NCBI RefSeq assembly: GCF_004010195.1 | Contig: NC_057750.1 | Location: 18,215,138 to 18,235,137 of the forward strand | Length of the DNA stretch: 20,000 nt | Source of the DNA: Chiloscyllium plagiosum | Lineage: Eukaryota | Reading direction: 5' to 3' | Shown here: piece by piece, positions 1 through 11,285 of the stretch | How the letters are laid out: every line of letters starts with the position of its first letter | Position numbering within the stretch: position 1 is the stretch's first letter | Notes under the pieces: generated by a model | The model's database searches: none | Told to the model about the DNA's origin: nothing | Seen by the model: only the letters and a program-made list of their open reading frames with translations | Program-made: the position numbers and the translations under genes

Positions 1-157
1 ATCCAATCTTCTTGATCTAAGGAGCTTCCAATCAATATTTGGGAAGTTGAAATCGCCCATGACTACTACCCTGTGGCTTCTGCACCTTTCCAAAATCTGT
101 TTCCCAATCTGTTTCTCCATATCTCTGCTGCTATTAGGGGGCCTATAGTAAACACCC
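1..157 (-). mobile_element. CR1-clade LINE ORF2 apurinic-like endonuclease fragment (runs off window edge)
   Basis: Minus strand translates GVYYRPPNSSRDMEKQIGKQILERCRSHRVVVMGDFNFPNIDW, containing the YRPP and GDFN motifs of LINE APE endonucleases. Homologous to 18068-18403. Confidence 0.9.
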
Positions 158-159
158 TT

Positions 160-2203
160 CCCCCATGGAATGCTAAAAGGCAAGAGAAATTGAGGTTTTG
201 GTTAAGAGAAAGGAGGAAGCATGTCAGGTATAGACAGCAGAGATCGAGTGAATCCTTAGAAGTGTGCAAAGAGGGAAATCAGGAGGGTAAAAAAGGGACA
301 TGAGATAGCTTTGGCAAGGAGGATTTAGGAGAATCCAGAGAGATTTTATAAATATGTTAAGGACAAAGGGGCAACAAGGGACAGAATAGGGTCCCTCAAA
401 GATCAACAAGGCAGCCAATGTGTGGAACCACAAGAGATGGAGGAGACACTAAACAAGTATTTTGCATCAGTGTTTACTGTTGAAATGGACATGGAGGATA
501 TAAAATGCAAGGAAATACATGGTGACATCTTGAAAAGTGTCCATATTACACAGGTGGTGGTGCTGCATGTCTTAAAATGCACCTAAATGGATAAATTCCT
601 AGGAGCTGATCAGGTGTACCCTAGAACTCTGAGAAGCTAGGGAAGTGATTGCTGGGCCCCTTGCTGAGATATTTATCACCGATAGTCACAGGTGCGGTGC
701 CAAAAGATTGGAGGTTGGCTAATGTGGTGCCACTATTTAAGAAAGGTGGTAAGGAAAGCTAGGGAACGATAGACCAGTGAGTCTGACATCGGTTATGGGC
801 AAGTTGTTGGAGGGAGACCTGATGGAGAGGTTTTACACTCATTTAGAAAAGCATGGGCTGAGTAGGGATAGTCAACATGGCTTTGTGTATGGAAAATCAT
901 GTCTCACTAACTTGACTGAGTTATTTGCAGTCATGAAGAGGATTGATAAGGGCAGAAGAGTGGACATGATCTTTATGGACTTCAGTAAGGCATTCAACAA
1001 AGTTCCTCATGGTAGACTGATTAGCAAGGTTAGATCTCAGAATACAGGGAGAACTAACCATTTGATACAGAACTGGCTCAAAGGCAGAAGACAGAGGGTG
1101 GTGGTGAAGGGTTGCTTTTCAGTCCGGAGGCCTGTGACCAGAGGTGTGCCATAAGGATCAGTTTTTTTGTAATTTACATAAATGCTTTGGATGTGAACAT
1201 AGGAGGTATAGTTAGTAATTGTGCAGATGATACCAAAATTAGAGGTGTAGTGTACAGCGAAGAAGGTTACCTCAGAATACAATGGGATCTTGGATCAGAA
1301 AGGTCAGTGGGCAGAGGAATGGTAGATAAAGTTTCATGTTCAGATAAATGTGAAGTGCTCCATTTTGGAAAGGCAAATCAGAGCAGGACTTATACACTTA
1401 ACGGTAAAGTCCTGAGGAGTGTTGCTGAACATACAGAACTTGGAGTGCAGGTTCATAGCTCCTTGAAAGTGAAGTTGCAAGTAGATAGGACAGTGAAGGC
1501 GGTGTTTGGTCTGTTTTTCTTTATTGGACAGAACATAGGATTGGGAGGTCATATTGCAACCGTTCAGGTCATTGGTTAGGTCAATTTTGGAATATTGCGT
1601 GCAATTCTGGTGTTTCCCCTCTTAGGAGGATATTGTGAAACTTGGAAGGGTTCAGAAAAGACCTACAAGGATATTGCCAGGGTTGGAAGACTTGAACTAT
1701 CGGGAGAGGCTGAATAGCCTGTTTTTCCTGGAGCATCGGAGGCTGAGGGGTGATCTTTTAGAGTATTATAAAATCATCAGGGTCATGGATTGAGTAAATT
1801 GATAAGATATTTTCCCTGGGGTGGAGTCCAGAACTAGAGGACATCGGTTTAGGATTAGGGGGCAACTTTTTCACAAAGGTTGTGCGTGTATGGAATGAGC
1901 TGCCAGAGGAAGTAGTGGAGGATGGTACAATTACAACATTTAAAAGGCATCTGGATGGATATATGAATAGGAAAGGTTTAGAGGGATATGCGCCAAGTGC
2001 TGGCAAATGGGACTAGATTAAGCTAGGATATCTGCTCGGCATGGACGAGTTGGGCTGAAGGGTCTGCTTTTGGATATATGAATAGGAAAGGTTTAGAGGG
2101 ATATGGGCCAAGTGCTGGCAAATGATTAGGTTAGGATATCTGGTCAGCATAGACGAGTTGGACCGAAAGGTCTGTTTCCATGCCGTACATCTCTATAACT
2201 CTA
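160..2203 (+). mobile_element. 5'-truncated, frameshifted CR1 LINE (ORF2 reverse transcriptase and 3' end)
   Basis: RT motifs SQHGFVYGKSCLTNL, DFSKAFNKVPH, ADDTKI and KCEVLHFGK occur in broken frames. Ends in a CR1-type 3' UTR and CTCTATAACTCTA tail. Confidence 0.95.
1956..2177 (+). repeat. Tandem duplication (~115 bp unit) of the CR1 3' end
   Basis: TGGATATATGAATAGGAAAGGTTTAGAGGGATATG...GGTCTG starts at 1956 and again at 2071. The copies differ by several substitutions and a 7-nt deletion in copy 2. Confidence 0.9.
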
Positions 2204-2399
2204 CAAGTGTTAATGACGGTCAATCTCCCAATCAGCATGCAGTCTCACTACTTAATGTTTTGAATATCTCGAAATATCTAACAAATAAGTTTGTTTCAAA
2301 TCTTCCCATCCCTACAACCACACTCAATCTGATATTAAATACACAGTCCTTTATCTTTCATGTTTCTTTCTAATCAAATCAACCTCAAGGGTTAATGAG

Positions 2400-3262
2400 A
2401 TACACAGTAATCATCTTCAGTCAATGCCCAAAATTCCTTTGCATTCTTCTTGCTGGCTATTGTTTGAAGGCTTATACTATTTGACTTGCAACTACATTTC
2501 CTCTTCAGCATCAAGGTAGTTCATCTTCTGACTCAGCTCAGCTGCTGCTGAATTGCTCATCATTGCCCCTGGTAGCTTTAAACTTGATTATTCCAATGCC
2601 CTAAAAACAGTTTTGGAGAAACTCAGCAGGTCTGGCAGCATTTGTGGAGATTGAAATAGGCAGAAGAGTTAAATTGATCTTGAAACAAACCTGTTTCTTT
2701 CTCTCCACAGATGCTACTAGGCCTGGTGTGTTTCTCCAGAACCTTTTGCTTTTATTTCAGATCTCCAGTACCCACAGTACTTTGCTTTTATTTCAATGCA
2801 TTCTACCCACTGTAAACTTGAGCTTATCCAAAATACTATCTATATCCTAACTCATACAAAATCCTGTTTACCTTTCATCTCTGTGCTCACCGATCCCTTT
2901 AGTTCCTAGAGGTCCCATGTCTCATTTTCAAATCTATTTGTTGCCTGCCCTGCCCCAGAATATCTTCCAGCCCTACAGCCCACTAAGATTTACTCAATTC
3001 TGGCCTCTTAAACATCCCTAATTTTCTTATTCCACCAATGGTGGCTGTGCCTTTAGCTGGCTGAACTCCAAGCTCAAAATTCTCTCCCTAAACCTCGATG
3101 CTCTTTAAAATCTCTCTCTATCCAAATTTTTTTATTTACTTATTCTACTGCTTCTATACATGCCGGAAGCTTCAAATTTATTTTGCTTGTTTATACTCCA
3201 CTGAAAGAGGATGGGACATTTCACCATATTATAGGTGCTGCATAAATGCAAATTATTGTTTT
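2400..3262 (+). mobile_element. Old L2-like LINE 3' fragment, interrupted at ~2604-2790
   Basis: ~2534-2600 translates LSSAAAELLIIAPGSFKLDYSNA, resembling the L2 C-terminal (AETLIHAFV.SRLDYSN) segment. Ends in GGTGCTGCATAAATGCAAATTATTGTT, like L2 3' tails. Boundaries are approximate. Confidence 0.6.
2604..2790. mobile_element. Short palindromic Penelope pseudo-LTR-derived element
   Basis: Inverted arms 2614-2650 and 2702-2738 match at 31/37 nt. The arm resembles the pLTR termini near 11207 and 15204 (CTGGA.AA..C.CAGCAGGTC). Confidence 0.65.
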
Positions 3263-3924
3263 AAGTACAGGGATTAAAATTACAAGTAGAGGGAAACGTC
3301 TAAACTTCAGGACAACAGACAAGCCACTAGAAAAGGGCTACTCTGACTCAAGCAACCTTTATTAATGACGTTCTCAACCAGCTTTCCTCACTTCATCCCG
3401 TGTAGTTAAGCCTAACATGCAAAGAAGGAACAACTGAGGGCCTGCAGCAAGAGGATTGGCATGAGAAAGTTTCCAAAAATCACTCACTACCACTTGTCCA
3501 CTGACTTTAATCTCTCTTGACTACAGCGGGCCCTTTTAGATTGTTTCTGGGTTGGTTAAGACTTCTGTACAGCCACCCAACACCGTTGGAGCTCCCAAGG
3601 CCATCCAGGCTGTAACTGTGGCACAGTCCAAATAAATGACTTACACTGTTGAGGAATGTCTGCTGGCTAACTTAAAAATGGGTTTAAGGAACTCCAACTA
3701 GACACTAAAATGGCTATTGCCTGGCTTGGAGAATGTGCACATGCTAAATCAACACCAAAAAAAATGGTAATGATTAACAAGTCGAGGATTGAATAATTCT
3801 TGTTTATTTATTCTAGGAACAGAAACAATTCCCGGCAACTAGTACTCAGTGTCAAAAATTATTATGTCAAGTTGGATGAAAACAAGAGCTCTTCTACTCC
3901 TCAACCTTAGTGTAGCACATTGGG

Positions 3925-4540
3925 ATCTAGTAGTATAGTGATTATTTTATCTGAATTCATAACATAAAGGATTGGATAACGGTTGAGTCACATATAGGAA
4001 GGACGTGATTGCACCGGAGAGTGTGCAGAGAAGTGTGTATTGTGTTAAAACACAATGTTATCTGGGCTGGAGGGTTTTACTTTTGAAGTGAGATTGGATA
4101 GACAGGGATGATTAAGATAAACTTATAAGGGGCAGAGATAGGGTGAACATCAAGGACCCTTTCCCCTTGTTGGGAGGATTAACGACCAAAGGAGCATAGA
4201 TTTAATGTAAGGAAGAGGAGGTTTAAGAGGGAAGGTGAAGAAAAATGTCTTTTCTCCACGAGAAGATGGTAGAAACCGGGATCTTACTGCCTGCAAGTGG
4301 GGTAAAGGAAGACACCTGCAAAACATTTTGGAGGCATTGAAGGCTTTTGGCAAGTGCTGGAAAATGGAATTAAAATAATTAGTTGGTTGTTTTTGGCTGG
4401 TGCAGACTTAATGGGTCGAAGTGCCTTTTTCTGTGCTATAGACCTTTATGATTATGGTTGTATGTCATGGGTTCAACTGCCATCTTTTGAGGGGTTGGGG
4501 GGGGGTGGAATTTAAATAAATTTGTAGTAAGAAAATTTAA
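3925..4540 (+). mobile_element. Degenerate tRNA-derived SINE split by the CR1 at 3987-4455
   Basis: A-box-like TAGTATAGTGA near 3930 and B-box-like GGTTCAACTGCC at 4469-4480 lie on either side of the CR1. GGTTG is repeated at 3981 and 4456 (possible TSD). Confidence 0.35.
3987..4455 (+). mobile_element. Old CR1 LINE 3' fragment
   Basis: Starts with YRKDVIAPESVQR-like coding. Similar to the 1620-2200 segment. Ends TTTCTGTGCTATAGACCTTTATGATTAT. Confidence 0.8.
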
Positions 4541-4607
4541 TGTTTGATATAACTCTGGGTGTCAACAGTGGCTCACAAACCTCCCTATACTCTGGGACAG
4601 CAAATGC

Positions 4608-4613
4608 TTTATT
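4608..4613 (-). promoter_or_regulatory. Candidate polyadenylation signal AATAAA of the minus-strand gene
   Basis: TTTATT on the + strand, about 170 nt downstream of the TAG of the candidate terminal exon, in non-TE sequence. Confidence 0.4.
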
Positions 4614-4783
4614 TTAATATTACAGTTTGTGGTTGCTGAATCTCAGTTTAATTTTAATCCGGATCTGAAATGCAAGATCATTGCTCCTGGGATTTATGTC
4701 CATTTCCATATTTTGAATGAACCAGCATATTGGAATGGATATTTAACAAAAGAACTTTAACTACATTCCAAGAGAAAAAGGTA

Positions 4784-4893
4784 CTAACATTCGCGTAGTG
4801 CTGGGTGAAGGATTTCATGCTTCCCATTCCAACGCAAATCATTCCGCAATTTCTGCTCAAGTTTTCCAATCTCCACTGGGTCACCGAGAGAAC
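4784..4893 (-). CDS. Candidate terminal coding exon of an unidentified host gene: (G)SLGDPVEIGKLEQKLRNDLRWNGKHEILHPALREC*
   Basis: Branch-point CCTAAC (4918-4913) then ...CCAAACAG|GT acceptor. Entering in phase 1 gives an open, protein-like frame to TAG (4786-4784). Locally CpG-rich, not TE-like, and phase-compatible with exon 13138-12895. The polypyrimidine tract is weak. Confidence 0.55.
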
Positions 4894-5093
4894 CTGTTTG
4901 GAACGTTTTACAGTTAGGTATCAGGAATTGCGAAAATAACAAGTAAGCATTCTCTGCTTTTCAGAAGTCCAAGATTTGGAAGAAATTCCTTAAAATTCTC
5001 CCAGTGTTCAAAGAATCAAAATGAAATTTTTCAACAATTTTTTTGTGTTCTACGGAAGAACACCAAATACTTTCGGTCTTAACTTGTTCAGTG

Positions 5094-5720
5094 TGTCACA
5101 AAGCTGGTCCTTTTTTCTCAAAGCTGCTCCTTTTCTCAAGGGTACTGTGTCCTGGGTTTTTTTTTCCCCAGAGGGGTAATACAGTGCTCCTGGCACCGGT
5201 TAGACTGGCTTGGTACAGAGATTAAAGGGTATTGAGAGGCCTTTTTGTTTATATGTAAACAGATGACACTTCAGGCCAAAGTGGTCATGTGTTAGAAGTG
5301 ACCTATATAATGAAAGGAGCGTGGTCAGCTCTCGATCTGAGCAGTTCAGTCCAGAACTAGTTATGAGTTCAATAGAGACCTTTGTAGAAACTCACTCTCT
5401 CTCTTTCTGCCCTTCTAACATCAACCTGCAAGCATCTGTTCCATTTTTTAAATATTGTTTAAGGGGGTTTGCTTATTGAGGCTATTGTGTATATTCAGAA
5501 CAACAAAATTAAGTCTAGTTTCGATAGACTGAGTTCTGTAGAGGTTCTTTATTCTGTTCTTTGCGTTTCATTGTCTAATTTTGTGAATAAATGTCTGTCT
5601 GTTTTAAACCTAGTAGCCAACCTAGCTAGCTTACTCTTGGTTACCCCGGGTAATTTTAACTAGGGAAACAAATTGCAAAGTTATGGTTATGGACTTGAGC
5701 AGGCAACCCAGACAAGTGTT
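5094..5720 (+). mobile_element. Possible solo LTR
   Basis: Begins TGTCACA, has TATATAA at ~5305 and AATAAA at 5586, and is non-coding. No clear 3' CA end or TSD identified. Confidence 0.3.
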
Positions 5721-5842
5721 TCCATGAAACCTTCGCTACAGGGTCTTCCCTCAGCCTGTACCAGTGTATGCCACAAAGTTCTTCCTTGCAATTAAATGCT
5801 ATGGAATTAACTAGCTCCAGCAAAGCTAGAATCGATGGGAAT

Positions 5843-6915
5843 TAGAGTCATAGAGATGTACAGCATGGAAATAGACCCTTCGGTCCAACCTGTCCATGCC
5901 GACCAGATATCCCAACCCAATCTAGCCCCGCCTGCCAGCACCTGGTCCATATCCCTCCAAACCCTTCCTATTCATATACCCATCCAAATGCCTCTTAAAT
6001 GTTGCAATTGTACCAGCCTCCACCACTTCTGCTGGCAGCTCATTCCATACACGTACCATCCTCTGTGTGAAAACGTTGCCCCGTCGGTCTCTTTTATATC
6101 TTTCCCCTCTCACCCTAAACCTATGCCCTCTAGTTCTGGACTCCCCGACCCCAGGGAAAAGACATTGTCTATTTACCCTATCCACGCCCCTCATAATTTT
6201 GTAAACCTCTATAAGGTCACCCCTCAGCCTTCGACGCTTCAGGGAAAACAGCTCCAGCCTGTTCAGCCTCTCCCTGTAGCTCAGAACCTCCACCCTGTCA
6301 ACATCCTTGTAAATCTTTTCTGAACCATTTCAAGTTTCACAGCATCTTTCTGATAGNNNNNNNNNNNNNNNNNNNNNNNNNNNNNNNNNNNNNNNNNNNN
6401 NNNNNNNNNNNNNNNNNNNNNNNNNNNNNNNNNNNNNNNNNNNNNNNNNNNNNNNNNNNNNNNNNNNNNNNNNNNNNNNNNNNNNNNNNNNNNNNNNNNN
6501 NNNNNNNNNNNNNNNNNNNNNNNNNNNNNNNNNNNNNNNNNNNNNNNNNNNNNNNNNNNNNNNNNNNNNNNNNNNNNNNNNNNNNNNNNNNNNNNNNNNN
6601 NNNNNNNNNNNNNNNNNNNNNNNNNNNNNNNNNNNNNNNNNNNNNNNNNNNNNNNNNNNNNNNNNNNNNNNNNNNNNNNNNNNNNNNNNNNNNNNNNNNN
6701 NNNNNNNNNNNNNCCTGTATTCCATGAGATCTAACCTTGCTAATCAGTCTCCCATGGGGAACCTTGTCGAACGCCTTACTGAAGTCCATATAGATCATAT
6801 CTACCACTCTGCCCTCATCAATCCTTTTTGTTACTTCCTCAAAAAACTCAATCAAGTTTGTGAGACATGATTTCCCACTCACTAAGCCATGTTGACTATC
6901 CCTAATCAGACTTTG
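5843..6915 (-). mobile_element. Relatively young 5'-truncated CR1 LINE spanning the assembly gap
   Basis: RT motif LIRDSQHGLVSGKSCLTNLIEFFEEV...DFSKAFDKVPH, and an intact C-terminal ORF at 5922-6293 (LRGDLIEVYKIM...FTQRMVRVWNELP). Tail CTCTATGACTCTA. Closely related to 160-2203. Confidence 0.95.
6357..6713. other. Assembly gap (357 N)
   Basis: Run of N. Confidence 1.
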
Positions 6916-6920
6916 CCTTT

Positions 6921-7331
6921 CAGGGTCCAAGAGATGAATTTTGTTAGGGGATTCTATAGTCCGAGGTACAGACAGACGTTTCTGTGGCCAGCAGCGAAAA
7001 AGCAGAATGGTGTGTTGCTTCCCTGTTGCCAGGATCAAGGATGTCTCAGAGAGGGTGCAGAATGTTCTCACGGGGGAGAGGGGCTAGCAAGAGGTCATTG
7101 TCCACATTGGAACCAATGACATAGGAAGGGAAAAGGTTGACATTCTGAAGGGAGATTATAGAGAGTTAGGCAGAAATTCAAAAAGATCCTCGAGAGTAGT
7201 AATATCTGGATTACTCCCGGTCCTATGAGCTAGTGATGGCAGGAATAGGATAGAGGAGATGAATGCATGGCTGAGGAGCTGGTATATGGGAGAAGGATTC
7301 ACATTTTTGGATCATTGGAATCTCTTTTGGG
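6921..7331 (+). mobile_element. CR1 ORF1 fragment (SGNH/GDSL esterase-like domain), with stops
   Basis: Translates LLGDSIVRGTDRRFCG...VIVHIGTNDIG...VVISGLLPV...MNAWLRSW...FLDHW, containing SGNH blocks GDS and GxND. Confidence 0.85.
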
Positions 7332-7339
7332 AATTGATC

Positions 7340-7774
7340 GGACCAGTCTGATTTCTGGGATAACAGAACCAATGTATAGAGAGCAACTGGATCAGTTAGG
7401 ACTATATTCAGTGGAGTTTAAAAGACTGGAGATGAGGATGAATCTCACAGAAACCTATAAAATTCTAATAGGACAAAACAGGATAAAAGCAGGAAAGGTA
7501 TTCTCAATGACTGGAGAGAGCAGAACCAGGGGTCAAAGTTTACCCAGAGAGTGGTGAGCCTGTGGAATTCTCTGTCATAGAAAGCACTTGAGACCAAAAC
7601 AATGAAATGGTTTCAAGAAATGAGATATACTTCTTGGAACTAAAAGCATCAGAAGTTTTTAGGGAGAAAGCAGGAACAGGATAACTGAGTGGGATGAACA
7701 ACCATGATCATAGTGAATGGTGGAGCAGACTCGAAGGGCCAAATGGCCTAATTCTCCCCTATTTCCTATGTTTC
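7340..7774 (+). mobile_element. CR1 LINE 3' fragment (different subfamily)
   Basis: YREQLDQLGLYSVEFKRL...NLTETYKIL...GESRTRGQSL; ends GAAGGGCCAAATGGCCT...TTCCTATGTTTC. Confidence 0.85.
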
Positions 7775-7899
7775 CGTTTAATACCAGGCAGATAGGAAGT
7801 TGGCTGTGATAACTGGAAGCAAATCATCTTAGCATCAGGATGATATCCAGCCATCTTTGGTTGATTCATCAAAGATCTTCATCACAAGATCAAAAGACA

Positions 7900-8490
7900 G
7901 GATGTCCACTGGTGGTTGCACAATGTTCATCACATTTGTGCTTCCTGACTCCTTAAATGTTCAAGACTTAAATGCAACAAGGCATGTAAAATATCCAGGC
8001 TTGGACCGGCAAGTAGCAAGTAATATTCACATTCCACAAGAAACAGGAATAACTAACTACCTCCAACAAGACAGAACGTAGCTACTATCCCATGATACCA
8101 TAACTGAATCCCCCATTAGCAATATCCTGAGTTACCAATGACAAGAAACTAAACTAGATTAGCCATATAGGTAATATAATGACAAAGGCAGGTCAGAGGC
8201 TAGAAATCCTGCAGCACCTTCTAAACCCTTCTGTTTATCTTCCAAACAGATAAAACACAGCCTGCAAGATTCCCTCAAAGTCAGTCACACCCAGACGAGG
8301 AAACGTATCGCTGCTCCTTCAGTGTTCTTGGTCAAAATGCTCAAACTCCTGAATGGCACTGTGGGTCTACCTATGTCAAATGGACACCATTTGTTCAAAG
8401 AAAGCAGCTCATCAGCAACTTCTTAAGGGCACTAGGCACTGGCAATAAATGCTGGTCCAACCAACATCACATCCTATGAATGAATTTTCA
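7900..8490 (+). mobile_element. Old L2/CR1-group LINE 3' fragment
   Basis: Degenerate post-RT-like coding near 7990-8160. 3' end GGCAATAAATGCTGG...ATGAATGAAT has a (TGAA)n-type tail. Boundaries are approximate. Confidence 0.55.
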
Positions 8491-8909
8491 AAATTCCAGC
8501 ATGCAAAATTTCTTCTTAGAGAAAGCCAGTTAAATCTAAATATTTAGGGAGTAGGAACAGGGAGCGTTCTTCCTTTTTCAACTCTTAGTCATAATCATGC
8601 CATCCCAAGGAAAGCTCCAATACTGCAATGAAACAATATGAATGGAGAAATAAAATTTCACAAGGATCTTACCAACACTAACCATACGAACAAGAATTGA
8701 TATGCGAAAGTTCTTATTGTGGCCAATATATCTTATTTAAATGTACTTGAATACTATCATTACAGCTGCTGCTTAAATTGCTATCCTGCTTTCCTTTTGA
8801 AAAAACATTGACACCAGCCTGAAGTCCAAGACTTGTAGCAGACCCACTGCTCAACAATGTTAAATACAAGGAATCAGCTTAAGAAACCTAATTACTAATT
8901 AATGCATAG

Positions 8910-10785
8910 AACATAAATCATTCAGAACATAGAACATTACAGTGCAGTACAGGCCCTTCGGCCCTCAATGTTGCACCGACTGGAACCAATCTGAAGCCTA
9001 TCTATCCTACATTATTCCATTTTCATCCATATGTTTAACCAATGACCATTTAAATGCCCTGAAAGTTGGCGAGTCTACTACTGTTTCAGACAGTGCATTC
9101 CACACTCCTACTACTGAGTAAAGAAACTATCTCTGACAATTGTCCTATATCTATCATCCCTCAATTTAAAGCTCTGTCCCCTCGTACTAGTCATCTCCAT
9201 CAGAGGAAAAAGGCTCTCACTGTCCACCCATCTAACCCTCTGATTATCTTAAATGCCTCTATTAAGCCACCTCTCAACCTTCTGCTCTCCAACAGAAACA
9301 GCCTCAAGTCCCTCAGCCTTTTCTCATAAGACCTTCTCTCCATACTAGGCAACATCTCTTCTGAACCCTTTCCAATGCTTCCATATCCTTCCTAAAACGT
9401 GACGACCACAACTGTACACAATACTCCAAGTGCGTCCACACCAGAATTTAGTATAGCTGCAGCATGACCTTATGGCTCTCAATCTCTCTACCAATAAAAG
9501 TTAACACAACGTATGTCTTCTCAACAACCTTATCAACCTGGGTGGCAACTTGCAGGGAGCTATGCACTAGGGACAGTGAGATCTCTCTGCTCATCCACAC
9601 TACCAAGAATCTTTATTCCTCTTGCTCCTTCCAAAGTGAATCACCTCACACTTTTCCGCATTAAGCTCCATTTGCCACCTCTGAGCCCAGTTCTGCAGCT
9701 TGTCAATGTCCCACTGTAACCTGCAACATCCTTCAGCACTGTCCACAACTCTACTGACCTTAAATGTCATCCGTAAATTTACTAACCCATCCTTCTATGC
9801 CTTCATCCAGGTCATTTATAAATATGACAAACAGCAGTGGTCCCAAAAGAGATCCTTGCAGTACACCACTAGTAAATGAACTCCAGGATGAACATTTCCC
9901 AACAATCTGAATTCCCCTCTGAATTCTTTCAGCTAGCCAATTTCTGATCCAAACCGCTAAATCACCTTCAATCCCATGCCTCCATATTTTGTGCAATAAC
10001 CTACTGTGGGAAACCTTATCAAACAACCTTATTGAAATCCATATACACCACATCAAATGCTTTACCCTCATCCACCTGTTCAGTCACCATCTCAAAAGAA
10101 CTTAATAAGGTTTGTGAGGCACGACCTACCCTTCACAAAATCGTGTTGACCAACCCTAATCAACTTATTCCTCTCTAGATGATTATAAATCCTATACTTT
10201 ATAATCCTTTCTAATACTTTATCCACAACCAAAGTAAGGCTCTCTGGTCTATAATTACCAAGGTTGTCTCTACTCTCCTTCTTGAACAAGGGGACATTTG
10301 CTATCCTCCAGTCTCTGGCACTATTCCTGTAGACAATGACGACATAAAGATCAAAGTCAAAGGCTCTACAGTCTTCTGGCTTCCCAGAGAATCCCAGGAA
10401 AAATCCCATCAGGCCCAGGATACTTATCTGTTTTCACACTTTCCAGAATTGCACACACCTCCTCCTTGTGATCCTCAATCCCGTCTCATCTCGTAGCCTG
10501 TAGCTTAGTATTCTCCTCGACAACATTTTGTTTCCACTGTGAATATTGATGAAAAATATTCATTTTGCGCTTTCCCTATCTCCTTGGATTCCATGCACAA
10601 CTTTCCACTACTATCCTTGATTGGCCCTAAGCTTTCTCTAGTCATTCTTTTATTCCTGACATATCTATCAAAAGCTTTAGGGTTTTTCTTGATCCTATCT
10701 GCCAACGACTTCTCATGTCCCCTCCTGGTTCTTCTTAGTTCTCTCTTTAGGTCTTTCCTGGCTAACATTTATCTCTCTAGTGCAT
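8910..10785 (-). mobile_element. 5'-truncated, frameshifted CR1 LINE (ORF2 RT and 3' end)
   Basis: ARKDLKRELRR...KAFDRYV, DWRIANVPLFKK...[43 protein letters not shown]...KFTDD. ATGTTCT-type tail at ~8910-8937. Confidence 0.95.
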
Positions 10786-11249
10786 ATTATAAAGTGTTAA
10801 TGTTTTCAAAATGATAAACAATGCTTTGCTTCTTATCCAAGCAATGTTTCCATGAAAAGGTACAGATAACAAATTGGTTCTGGAAGAGTTTCAAAGAAGT
10901 ATATGACTTCCAGCAGCAGAAAGGAAATCCAATACCTACTTTGACACTGAACAGAAGGTCCTCAGAAGATTCAGGAATCAATGTTCATTCTGTGCTGAAG
11001 CAGTTAAGGTACATACTAGCAGAATATTGGAAAATACAAGTCAGTCAATATCCGTAAAACGTTTTGTTCGTACAACCAACATTGAATTAGATGAAAGATG
11101 GATGAATGCATGCAATGAAACCATCTCTTATTGGGAAGTCCACATGGCCCAGAGAAAATGGTAAGGTAGGACTATAATACCTCTTGTGGACATAACAGGT
11201 GTGAAGCTGGAAAAGCACAGCAGGTCAGACGACACCCGAGGATCAGAAA

Positions 11250-11285
11250 CATTGACATTTCTGGCCGAAACCCTTCATCAGGGCT
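11250..11285 (-). ncRNA. Degenerate minimal type-I hammerhead ribozyme motif in pLTR
   Basis: Minus strand reads AGCC-CTGATGA-AGGGTTTCGGCCA-GAAA-TGTC-AATG. The CUGAnGA and GAAA cores are intact; the stems are eroded. Confidence 0.6.

Noticed and set aside
4626..4760. Plus-strand open frame FVVAESQFNF...TKEL* after TACAG
   Set aside because: Short enough to arise by chance, and it overlaps the inferred minus-strand 3' UTR.
5088..5789. Loose direct repeat (CAGTGT..G.CACAAAG.T..TCCTT) at ~5089 and ~5762
   Set aside because: Too imperfect to call a TSD or an LTR pair.
5835..6323. 162-aa plus-strand ORF
   Set aside because: Antisense shadow of the CR1 3' end.
6330..7071. 131-aa and 244-aa ORFs
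   Set aside because: Artefacts of reading through N bases and across a TE junction.
10821..11057. Plus-strand 78-aa ORF with a possible AAG acceptor and AAG|GTACAT donor
   Set aside because: Weak splice sites, no recognisable domain, and the opposite strand to the better-supported exons. Minus-strand acceptors here lead to stops in all frames.
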